This document shows, piece by piece, positions 8,138-16,758 of a stretch of DNA of 64,000 nucleotides (position 1 is the stretch's first letter; each line of letters begins with the position of its first letter). The notes under the pieces are model-generated. The model worked only from the letters and a program-made list of their open reading frames with translations, was not told the DNA's origin and ran no database searches. A program made the position numbers and the translations under genes. Source of the DNA: Chitinophaga pinensis (GTDB lineage Bacteria > Bacteroidota > Bacteroidia > NS11-12g > UBA9320); the NCBI GenBank assembly GCA_945889315.1, contig CAMDBP010000001.1, positions 45,005-109,004 of the forward strand, in the 5' to 3' direction.

Positions 8138-10535
8138 GATTTATGTGAATGGTAAAAAGTGATGTAGATATTTCTGAAGATTTCCGGGCTAAGACAAGTC
8201 TATCATATTCTCCTTTTGCCCAGGTGGAAATTCGGTTTTTGTAGAAAGGGCTTGCAGGATTCCCACTTTGGCCTCCTGGATATGTTCCATACGCTTCAGG
8301 GGTCTTGCCCAACAAGACAATCATGCGCCAACTGGGTCCGAACTTCTGTTGCATCGCATTCAAACTATACTTGGTACCGCCCAAGGCTAGTTCCATTTCT
8401 GAGAATGCAGGTAAGCGAGTAAGATGCAGTATTTGAGCGTCCTTAGACTCGCTCAATGTGCGTCTATCTAACCCCATAACAACCCTAAACGATTGATTTA
8501 TGAGGTCGTCCAAGGATTCTACTTTTGAAGTGGATGCTACATCGTAAAATTTACTAGTATTGATGCTTTCCATCATATTAACCGTAACCCAATAGTCCGG
8601 TTCGGGAAGAGCAACTTTTTTATTTTGTGCATATACTTCATCCCACAGCATTTCATGAAAAGTACTGAACCATCGGTCAAACAAAACTGCAGCTACAGAT
8701 GAAGCGTCATAATGATAATCCCACTTAGCTAATTCCGTAGCATAGGCGTGCATCGAAGCTTTCCCGTTGAGTCTTGGCAGCATAACGGCAAGTGCTTCTT
8801 CTGCCAACATACTATACGTACTATTTTGCATGGCTTTCATATAGGTTAAGTCTACGACCTTTTTATCGGCTAAATATTTGTGTACTGTTCTGCCTCTATA
8901 AGGTTCAAAATTCCCGTTGTAATAATAAGGGTAATCTTCAGTGGCACTGTATTGGTTTGCACTGCTAACATATCCTCTTTTAGGATTACGTTCTTGAGGG
9001 TTGGCGTTGCGTGGTATAAACCCTGACCATCCATTTTCAGAACGGGAACCATCGGTAATGGTAACTCCTTGCATATATTTTTTTATAGGTAGTGAACCGT
9101 TTATCCGTATCCCTATTTCATTTTTATTATCTGCATAAATAAAGTTTTGTGCAGGCGCATAAAATGCCGCAGTCGACTTTAAATAATCGTCATAATTATC
9201 ACACTGCATTCCATTTACAAAAGCCAGAAACTCAGGTGTAGGTGCCGCATCATGCGCTATCCAACGCAGGGCTAAATTGGCCTCATCATCTACTACTGGG
9301 CCCCACACAGTGTACCTAACCGTATCAAATACCACCTTCTCACCTTTGACCAAGATCTTTTCTATTTTGAGACCTGCCTTTTTTTGCTGACCGTCTAGCA
9401 TATACCTGGTTTTACTTTTATCGGTCCATTTTACTGTATAGTAGTCTGATACATCATGACCAACATTCGTCTCACCCCATGCTATGTTTTCGTTAAACCC
9501 AATCATAATACCTGGCATACCGAGTAAGGTTACTCCTTGTGCAGAAAATTCGGGAGTGGTAATAGCTATCTCATACCATACCGATGGCAGGCTCAACCCT
9601 AAATGCGGATCATTGGCAAGCATGGGCAAACCTGTAGCACTCATAGAACCGCTCACCGCCCAGTTATTGCTGCCTACACCGTCAGGAGAACGCGGCCTTT
9701 GGATGCTAGGCAAATTAAGACTCGTAATAGCGCCCTTAAAAGAATCTGTACGTTCATTAGCGTAGTTATAAGGTCCTTCAGCAATTGGAATGTCTTTTGG
9801 ATTCCTATCCGGATAAATTAAACTAAAATCTTCTTTACCAAATACCCGAAGCGCATTGCTCATTTCAATATCATTCTCGTAACCGGCCAGTGTTTGCGTC
9901 ATTGCCTTAAATAGTAAGGCAGAGTGTCTATTGGTCCATGAACTTGGCTTAAAATCTAAGAGTTTGTATTCTATTGGATAATCTTTTGGAGCTAGGTTAT
10001 CTATAAAATGGTTGACGCCAGCAGTATACGCATCTATATTTTTTAGCTCCTCGGGGAAATTATTCCACCCTTTAAGTGCATTATCTGCCGCAAAACCAAG
10101 TCCTAATCTACGTTGTTTCTTATCATACTCTACCAGATTCGGTCCGAGAATTTCAGCCAACTTACCGTCAGGTGAGCGAGTAGATATATCCATTTGAAAT
10201 AACCGATGATAGGCTTCTACATAGCCTTGTGCAAACAGAGCATCTTGTAAATTTTTTGCATAAATGTGAGGCACCATTCGGTCGTCAAAAACGATAGTGA
10301 CCTCTTCTTTAATAAGCTCACTTGTAAGCTTAAAGTCTGAATAATCTGTACTTTTTTCGGAGTTTTGCCATGCTCCTGTAAACGGATTTAACAGTTTACC
10401 AATAGGCGGAATAGGCTTCTCACCTAGGGTATGTGAGTTATTAAAGAAATAAACTAAGCCGAGCCCAATAATTAATGATATGATTCCAAGTACTTTTTGC
10501 ATTGTTAAGATGACGAAGTTACTAAAAAAATACAT
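8127..10535 (-). CDS. Penicillin acylase family protein (Ntn-hydrolase; possible N-acyl-homoserine-lactone acylase)
   Basis: 802 aa with signal anchor. Canonical autoproteolytic site 'GSNNWAVSGSMSATGLPMLANDPHLGL' (Ser nucleophile of the beta subunit) and alpha-subunit motifs (YAQGYVEAYHRLFQMD). Confidence 0.85.
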   Translation of the reverse strand: MYFFSNFVILTMQKVLGIISLIIGLGLVYFFNNSHTLGEKPIPPIGKLLNPFTGAWQNSEKSTDYSDFKLTSELIKEEVTIVFDDRMVPHIYAKNLQDALFAQGYVEAYHRLFQMDISTRSPDGKLAEILGPNLVEYDKKQRRLGLGFAADNALKGWNNFPEELKNIDAYTAGVNHFIDNLAPKDYPIEYKLLDFKPSSWTNRHSALLFKAMTQTLAGYENDIEMSNALRVFGKEDFSLIYPDRNPKDIPIAEGPYNYANERTDSFKGAITSLNLPSIQRPRSPDGVGSNNWAVSGSMSATGLPMLANDPHLGLSLPSVWYEIAITTPEFSAQGVTLLGMPGIMIGFNENIAWGETNVGHDVSDYYTVKWTDKSKTRYMLDGQQKKAGLKIEKILVKGEKVVFDTVRYTVWGPVVDDEANLALRWIAHDAAPTPEFLAFVNGMQCDNYDDYLKSTAAFYAPAQNFIYADNKNEIGIRINGSLPIKKYMQGVTITDGSRSENGWSGFIPRNANPQERNPKRGYVSSANQYSATEDYPYYYNGNFEPYRGRTVHKYLADKKVVDLTYMKAMQNSTYSMLAEEALAVMLPRLNGKASMHAYATELAKWDYHYDASSVAAVLFDRWFSTFHEMLWDEVYAQNKKVALPEPDYWVTVNMMESINTSKFYDVASTSKVESLDDLINQSFRVVMGLDRRTLSESKDAQILHLTRLPAFSEMELALGGTKYSLNAMQQKFGPSWRMIVLLGKTPEAYGTYPGGQSGNPASPFYKNRISTWAKGEYDRLVLARKSSEISTSLFTIHINHEK

Positions 10536-10583
10536 TGGTATTCGAATGAACTAAATTGAGATTCTCATGTTTGTAAAGTTGTA

Positions 10584-10856
10584 ATGAGTAGAACACCGTT
10601 AGACTTAAATCGTATTATAGAAATGGCGTGGGAAGACCGCACTAGTTTTGATACCATTAAACTACAATTCGGTATAACGGAGCACGAGGTGATTCAAATC
10701 ATGCGCAGAGAATTAAAACCCAGCAGTTTTAGACTTTGGCGAGAGCGAGTACAAGGAAGAGTAACCAAGCATAATAAATTGAGAGGCTGGATAGAAGGTA
10801 GACATAAGTGCAATCTTCAACGAACCATTTCAAATAATAAAATTAGCAAACGATAA
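10584..10856 (+). CDS. TIGR03643/DUF2805 family protein
   Basis: 90 aa. 'MAWEDRTSFDTIKLQFGITEHEVIQIMRRELKPSSFRLWRERV' matches the conserved core of this small family. Confidence 0.6.
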   Translation: MSRTPLDLNRIIEMAWEDRTSFDTIKLQFGITEHEVIQIMRRELKPSSFRLWRERVQGRVTKHNKLRGWIEGRHKCNLQRTISNNKISKR

Positions 10857-10903
10857 TATTACGGTTAATTCCATCCCCATCTCACTGGGCAACGGTATAA
10901 AGT

Positions 10904-11137
10904 CTATTTATTACGCAACAAACCGAACAATGCGACTATCGCCCAAAACACATTCACGACTAAAAAAGGGTATGCATTAAGGTGATATGCATTTAATGCT
11001 AAAAGCAATGCGCTACCAACGTTTATCCAAATATAGGATTTCGTAGTCGTGCTCATTTTTCCAGTTGAGTTTAAAAAAAATGCCGTGAGTAAACCAATAG
11101 CTCCTACCCAACCGATGAGTTGATTAACTAATCCCAT
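10904..11137 (-). CDS. CBU_0592-like small membrane protein
   Basis: 77 aa, two TM helices. Pattern 'GWVGAIGLLTAFFLNSTGKM...NVGSALLLALNAYHLNAYPFLVVNVFWAIVALFGL' is typical of the family. Confidence 0.5.
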   Translation of the reverse strand: MGLVNQLIGWVGAIGLLTAFFLNSTGKMSTTTKSYIWINVGSALLLALNAYHLNAYPFLVVNVFWAIVALFGLLRNK

Positions 11138-11232
11138 GATTCAAATATAGAATTTTCGTTACGTTCGTGTACCCTATCTTGAAAAAGTATCGTGTCGCGT
11201 TTCTAATACTACCTACATAAATTTGTAGCCGA

Positions 11233-12270
11233 CTATTCTTTTATTAAGTCTTTATACTTCAACTGAAACTTCACCACCTTAGGACCAATTACAGCATTGC
11301 AATACCCGTTGGTTTCTTTATTTAAGTTGTAATAGTTTTGGTGGTACTGCTCTGCGGTGCTATAATTCCGAATAGGTTCTATAGCTGTAACAACAGGATT
11401 ATTCCAAAGATCGCTGGCATCAATGCGCTTGAACACTTCACTTGCAATGGCCTTTTGCTCATCGTTATGATAAAAAATTACTGATCGATATTGTGTTCCA
11501 TGATCACCTCCTTGTTGATTAAGCGTAGTAGGGTCGTGCACATGGAAGAGAATGTCTACCAGTTTTTCGTAGGTGATAATGCTTGGGTCAAATACAATTT
11601 GAGCTACTTCCACACTTCCTGTATTGCCCTCGCAAACCATTTTATAGGTCGGATTTTTTAATTTTCCAGCGGCATAGCCACTTTCTACATGATGCACGCC
11701 TTTTAGTTTTTGAAAAAGAACTTCTACGCACCAAAAACAACCTGCTCCAAAAGTTGCTGTATCTAGTTTACTCATGTCTACAGGTTCGTTTTTTATAATG
11801 GCGGGTATGGTTTCTCCACCTTCCACAAAGTTCATTGATATTCCATTTACACAATGACGCGTATTTTTGGGTGTCATCATTTCACCTTCAAAAACGTGGC
11901 CCAAGTGACCTTGGCAATTAGAGCAAACGATTTCTGTTCTGCGTCCATCAGCATCTCGCAATCGGGTTACCGCTCCAGTTATCTCGTCATCAAAGGATGG
12001 CCAACCACAGTGACTATTAAATTTAGTTTCTGAAGTATAAAGTGGCTGATTGCATTGCTTACAGATATAAGTTCCTTTGGCTTCGCTGTCGGTAAACTCG
12101 CTGGTGCCTGGATACTCTGTTCCTTTGTTTAGAATAACCCGCTGTTCTGCTTCTGTTAATACGTTAAATTTCATTTCGCTGTTTTGAGATTTGCTTGGTT
12201 TATGGGTACTCGTTTGTGCATTGCATGCTACTACAAAGAATAAACAAATAAGATAATAAATTAACTTCAT
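11233..12270 (-). CDS. Bifunctional peptide-methionine sulfoxide reductase, MsrB-MsrA fusion; predicted lipoprotein
   Basis: MsrB CxxC...CxxC zinc site and catalytic 'HLGHVFEGE' are in the N-terminal half. MsrA active site 'ATFGAGCFWCVE' is in the C-terminal half. N-terminal signal with lipobox (FFVVAC). Confidence 0.9.
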   Translation of the reverse strand: MKLIYYLICLFFVVACNAQTSTHKPSKSQNSEMKFNVLTEAEQRVILNKGTEYPGTSEFTDSEAKGTYICKQCNQPLYTSETKFNSHCGWPSFDDEITGAVTRLRDADGRRTEIVCSNCQGHLGHVFEGEMMTPKNTRHCVNGISMNFVEGGETIPAIIKNEPVDMSKLDTATFGAGCFWCVEVLFQKLKGVHHVESGYAAGKLKNPTYKMVCEGNTGSVEVAQIVFDPSIITYEKLVDILFHVHDPTTLNQQGGDHGTQYRSVIFYHNDEQKAIASEVFKRIDASDLWNNPVVTAIEPIRNYSTAEQYHQNYYNLNKETNGYCNAVIGPKVVKFQLKYKDLIKE

Positions 12271-12469
12271 CTATATTAAAAACCATTAAGGTGTCCTTTT
12301 TGATTTTATAGTTATCCATTTTTCTATGAAAGATATCAAGAGCGGGATAAACGACGCTAATAATCATTTATTTATAATTTGATTAAATACGAATAAATCT
12401 TGGCTGCCTGAGCCTTGTGCACTTTTAAACTAAATCGTGGCACGCAATTTTTCTTAGTTTTGCCACAGA

Positions 12470-13237
12470 ATGAATGCAATAGATCAAGGTGATGTAAACT
12501 ACACCATAGAAAATGGAATTGCTACCGTACAATTTCACCACCCTTTAAGCAACTCTTTACCCGGCAAGGTACTTGCTAAACTTGCAAATACGATTACTGC
12601 TATTGGATCGAATAACGATGCGGTAGTCATTATCGTGAGAAGTGAAGGTGATCGTGCCTTTTGTGCAGGTGCCAGTTTTGATGAGCTCGTAGCAATAGAA
12701 AATTTAGCTAAAGGCGCCGTATTCTTTTCTGGATTTGCCAATGTGATAAATGCGTGTCGTAAATGCCCTAAACTTATTATTGGTCGGGTGCAAGGCAAGG
12801 CGGTAGGCGGCGGAGTTGGACTAGCAGCTGCATTCGATTATACACTTGCCACGACTCAAGCTTCTGTAAAACTGAGCGAATTGGCTGTAGGGATTGGCCC
12901 TTTTGTAGTTGGCCCAGCAGTAGAACGCAAAATTGGCTTGTCCGCTATGAGTCAACTTGCAATAGATGCTACCGAATGGCAATCAGCAAAATGGGCTCAA
13001 GACAAGGGTCTATATACCAATGTGTATGATACCTTAGAAGAGATGGACGCTGCTATTGACAGCTTAGCTCAAAAACTAAAAAATAGCAATCCGGAAGCAA
13101 TGCGATTACTCAAAGAAGTATTTTGGAGAGGAACAGAAGACTGGGATACCTTACTTTCAGAACGCGCTTCCATCAGTGGACAATTGGTGCTTTCTGACTT
13201 TACTAAAAACGCGATTAACAGCTTTAAAGCTAAGTAA
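12470..13237 (+). CDS. Enoyl-CoA hydratase/isomerase (crotonase) family protein
   Basis: 255 aa. 'VVIIVRSEGDRAFCAGASFDELV' oxyanion-hole region and 'GRVQGKAVGGGVGLAAAFDYTLAT' second helix of the crotonase fold. Confidence 0.8.
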   Translation: MNAIDQGDVNYTIENGIATVQFHHPLSNSLPGKVLAKLANTITAIGSNNDAVVIIVRSEGDRAFCAGASFDELVAIENLAKGAVFFSGFANVINACRKCPKLIIGRVQGKAVGGGVGLAAAFDYTLATTQASVKLSELAVGIGPFVVGPAVERKIGLSAMSQLAIDATEWQSAKWAQDKGLYTNVYDTLEEMDAAIDSLAQKLKNSNPEAMRLLKEVFWRGTEDWDTLLSERASISGQLVLSDFTKNAINSFKAK

Positions 13238-13264
13238 AGGATGAACGCTAGCAGAAAATCTAGT

Positions 13265-13840
13265 TTAGATTTTCTTGACGTATTTGGTAATAATAACCAC
13301 CGTTTGGCCATCTACCTTGCCTTCTATGTACTCTTCGTTATCGGGGTCTAATCGAATATTTCTCACCGCAGCACCTCGCTTAGCGGTAAGACTACTGCCT
13401 TTTACATCTAAGTCTTTAATAAGCACTACAGCATCGCCAGTAGATAGAACTACGCCATTACTATCTCTATGAATAATACCGCTGGTAGGTGCAGCTTCCA
13501 CACCTTCTTTTGCCCACAATGTAGTTTCCTCATCCATATACATCATATCCAATAAGTCATTGGGCCAACCTTGTCCTTTTAGTTGGGTTAACATGCGCCA
13601 CGCTACTACTTTAACAGCATTTACTTCAGACCACATGCTATCATTCAAACATCTCCAATGATTAGCATCTACCTTCGTTTCATCCCCTAACTGATCATAA
13701 CATGTTTCACAGGTCATAACACAATTATCTGCTAGTTTACCGTCTTTCGGCGCAACAGTATAGACAGTAAGTCCTTCTTTGCCGCCACATAGCTCGCAAC
13801 TATCATTCCCTCTATCTCTCAAATCTTGTTCTACACTCAT
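13265..13840 (-). CDS. phnA: PhnA protein (zinc-ribbon plus PhnA C-terminal domain)
   Basis: 191 aa. N-terminal CELCGG...CETC zinc ribbon. C-terminal 'GDAVVLIKDLDVKGSSLTAKRGAAVRNIRL...IEGKVDGQTVVI' matches the PhnA domain. Confidence 0.85.
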   Translation of the reverse strand: MSVEQDLRDRGNDSCELCGGKEGLTVYTVAPKDGKLADNCVMTCETCYDQLGDETKVDANHWRCLNDSMWSEVNAVKVVAWRMLTQLKGQGWPNDLLDMMYMDEETTLWAKEGVEAAPTSGIIHRDSNGVVLSTGDAVVLIKDLDVKGSSLTAKRGAAVRNIRLDPDNEEYIEGKVDGQTVVIITKYVKKI

Positions 13841-13947
13841 CGTATTTTATTAAAGCGCGCAAAGTAGCAATTTGGTTACTGTAAACTCATACAGCTTAGA
13901 TATAAAATGCCAACTTAATAAAGATTTGCTTTCGCCAAGAACCTATT

Positions 13948-14331
13948 ATGTATCCTAAATTAGTTACATACCTTTGCCTCATGCTTATGCAACAGTTACG
14001 CGCATTTGGTTACGCATTAAATGGTATTGTATTGTTTTTTTTGAAAGAACGCCATGCTAAAATACACGCCGTAGCCGCTTTATTTATTATTACACTGAGT
14101 TTTTATCTCCATATAACCTCCTCAGAATGGCTTTGGGTGCTTCTGTGTATTACCTTAGTCATCGCAACTGAAATGATTAATACCGCCATTGAGCGCCTTT
14201 GTAACAAGCTGACCACAGAATTAGATTCTGACATTAAAATTATAAAAGACGTAAGTGCCGGTTTCGTGCTAATAAGTTCATTGTTTTCTGTGGCCGTTGC
14301 TGCAATCATTTTTTCTCGTTATTTGTTGTAA
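13948..14331 (+). CDS. dgkA: Diacylglycerol kinase (prokaryotic DgkA family)
   Basis: 127 aa, 3 TM. 'LRAFGYALNGIVLFF' and the catalytic 'EMINTAIERL' (E..NSAIE in E. coli DgkA). Confidence 0.8.
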   Translation: MYPKLVTYLCLMLMQQLRAFGYALNGIVLFFLKERHAKIHAVAALFIITLSFYLHITSSEWLWVLLCITLVIATEMINTAIERLCNKLTTELDSDIKIIKDVSAGFVLISSLFSVAVAAIIFSRYLL

Positions 14332-14336
14332 TAATC

Positions 14337-14960
14337 ATGGATGCACAAGCACTTTACGATGCCGGAAAATTTGAGCAGGTAATCTCCTTACTTAAAAAAG
14401 GAAAACCAAGCCCACTTTTGGCTTTTGCTTATCAAAAAAGTAAATTATGGGACGAGGCAATGAATACGTGGACCACACTTATTGCTCTATATCCAGATGC
14501 CGCAGAGTATTATGTAGAGCGTGGAGTTTGCAAGTTTAATTTACGATTTAAACACGCTATACAGGACTTTGATTACGCCATAGAACTAGTAGATGACAAT
14601 GCTTATTTTTATAGCTGCCGGGCCTACATCCGAGATAAAATAGGAGACTCTGAGGGTGCAATCGCAGATTATAGCAAAGCACTGGAATTAGATCCTGAAG
14701 ATGCTATCATACTTAACAATCTTGGTCTTGCCGAGCAAAAGTTGGGGTATACCGCAAGAGCACGTGAGCGTTTCAAAAACAGCGATGATTTGCTGGGTAT
14801 AAAAACCATAGACTCTCGTGAGGATATTACGGAAAATGGCACCGGATTTACCCCAAATGTTAAAAATACTGCTCCGGCAAAACCATCCATTTGGTTAGAA
14901 TTTAGGAAGATGTTGAGCATAGTTGGGTTTAAAGAATTTCTAAAGGATTTGCGGAAATAA
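14337..14960 (+). CDS. Tetratricopeptide-repeat protein
   Basis: 207 aa. Repeated 34-aa TPR-like units (AEYYVERGVCKFNLRFKHAIQDFDYAIEL; AYFYSCRAYIRDKIGDSEGAIADYSKALELDP). Confidence 0.6.
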   Translation: MDAQALYDAGKFEQVISLLKKGKPSPLLAFAYQKSKLWDEAMNTWTTLIALYPDAAEYYVERGVCKFNLRFKHAIQDFDYAIELVDDNAYFYSCRAYIRDKIGDSEGAIADYSKALELDPEDAIILNNLGLAEQKLGYTARARERFKNSDDLLGIKTIDSREDITENGTGFTPNVKNTAPAKPSIWLEFRKMLSIVGFKEFLKDLRK

Positions 14961-15112
14961 CGTTTGATTACATCTTTTCCAACATTTAAAAAGCATAACG
15001 AGTAACATCCCAACTTTAAAACGACACCTTAACGCCTTTTTTGGAAACCGACATAACGTTCACCAAATCTCGCTACCACATTGATTAAATAATTTTGTTA
15101 ATTTGCACCTCA

Positions 15113-16042
15113 ATGATTTCAATCATTTTACCAATTTATAATGAACAAGAAGGCCTTGCAGCATTTATGCAATCGCTTGAAAATGAATTAACTAAATTAA
15201 AGGAAGATGTTGAAGTCATTTTTATAAACGATGGCAGTACGGACGATTCATTGGTTCTGATTAAAAACTACTGTGACTCGAATAACCGTTACAAGTACCT
15301 TGATTTAAGTAGAAATTTTGGGCATCAGATAGCAGTAACTGCCGGCATAGATCACGCACTAGGCGACACCATAGTGCTTATGGACGCCGATGGTCAAGAT
15401 CCACCATCTGTAATCCCTGAAATGTTAGCTAAAATGGCAGAAGGATATGACGTAGTATACGCCAAGCGCATTAAACGTCAAGATGAATCGGTCATCAAGA
15501 AAATGACCGCCTCTTTCTTTTACAAACTGCTCAATAAAATCACTTCCATAGAGATCCCCGTAAATACCGGCGATTTTAGAATTATGAATCGTAAGATTGT
15601 AGAAGGCTTAAAAAAAATGCCCGAAAAACAACGGTACTTGCGCGGTCAAATTGCATGGCTAGGATACAAACAAACAAGCGTGAGCTATGAGCGACACGGC
15701 AGGAATGCAGGCACCACAGGATATACCTATCGTAAAATGATTCACTTAGCCCTAGATGCAATCACTTCGTTTTCTAATCTACCACTTAGACTCGCTACAA
15801 TCTCGGGTTTTGTGTGTGCATTAATCGGGTTTTTACTTATTCTTTATACCCTCTATTCTAGATTTATACTGCAAGTTTATGAACCAGGTTGGTCATCGCT
15901 TATGATAACCATCGTTTTTTTGGGAGGAATACAATTGATGGGCATTGGCATCATTGGCGAGTACATAAGTCGCATAAATGATAATGTAAAAAACAGGCCT
16001 TTGTACTTAATTGCTGAAACCAACATTTCATTGAATGCATAA
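15113..16042 (+). CDS. Family-2 glycosyltransferase, polyprenyl-phosphate sugar transferase type (DPM1/ArnC/GtrB-like)
   Basis: 'ISIILPIYNEQ', 'FINDGSTDDS', 'LMDADGQDPP' (DxD). Two C-terminal TM helices as in GtrB/ArnC. The track ORF starts at TTG 15095; ATG 15113 gives the canonical N-terminus. Confidence 0.85.
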   Translation: MISIILPIYNEQEGLAAFMQSLENELTKLKEDVEVIFINDGSTDDSLVLIKNYCDSNNRYKYLDLSRNFGHQIAVTAGIDHALGDTIVLMDADGQDPPSVIPEMLAKMAEGYDVVYAKRIKRQDESVIKKMTASFFYKLLNKITSIEIPVNTGDFRIMNRKIVEGLKKMPEKQRYLRGQIAWLGYKQTSVSYERHGRNAGTTGYTYRKMIHLALDAITSFSNLPLRLATISGFVCALIGFLLILYTLYSRFILQVYEPGWSSLMITIVFLGGIQLMGIGIIGEYISRINDNVKNRPLYLIAETNISLNA

Positions 16043-16592
16043 CATCGAGCCTTTTTACCTTTGGCGAGACCTGTACAGTTCTGACCAAGATCCCAATGCG
16101 TTAAACTATAACCAAGAGTATTCTGAATTTCATTATACCAATAAAGTGTACAACTACTTATTGCATCCACAGTGGGACGATTTTGGTAGCGAAACTCTTT
16201 TTTATAAACTACTGTTTGCCGACTACGAAGAAGGTTTTTGCATAATAGAACTTATAGGAGAATGGAATGATGCCATTAACAATGACATTATGCAGCTCAA
16301 AGTTGAGCTCATTGACCACTTGATAAACTGTGGGATTCAAAATTTTGCAATTATCATGGAGAATGTACTCAATTTTCATGGAGATACTGATGATTACTAT
16401 CAAGAATGGAAGGAGGACATAGAAGGAGCCGTCTATTTCCTTAATGCTTTACCACACGTTCTCCATGAGTTAGGAAAGCATCACTTAAAGTACAGCATAA
16501 ATTTTGGAGATCACTTGAACGATATTAATTGGAGAAGTACTAAGCCTGATGAGCTATTAGAATTGCTTGAGACACGTTATTTAGATCTTTAA
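16035..16592 (+). CDS. Hypothetical acidic cytoplasmic protein, overlapping (coupled to) the GT2 gene
   Basis: 185 aa, no TM and no recognizable motif. 8-nt overlap with the GT2 stop. Confidence 0.4.
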   Translation: MHNIEPFYLWRDLYSSDQDPNALNYNQEYSEFHYTNKVYNYLLHPQWDDFGSETLFYKLLFADYEEGFCIIELIGEWNDAINNDIMQLKVELIDHLINCGIQNFAIIMENVLNFHGDTDDYYQEWKEDIEGAVYFLNALPHVLHELGKHHLKYSINFGDHLNDINWRSTKPDELLELLETRYLDL

Positions 16593-16758
16593 AACGTAAA
16601 AGCCATCGATAAATTATGGTCTAACTCTATGTCTTATTCCTTTTAGAAATAGCATCCAACCTGTACACAGTTTAGCATTTTCACCAGCACTCGTATATTG
16701 CACCATTTTTTAGGTTCATCTTTAAGTGAGAGTTAATAATCAACAAGGATATAAATTA

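Noticed and set aside
12280-12340. 18-codon ORF (MKDIKSGINDANNHLFII) in the msrBA/enoyl-CoA hydratase divergent spacer
   Set aside because: Too short, with no signal or conservation cue. Most likely chance.
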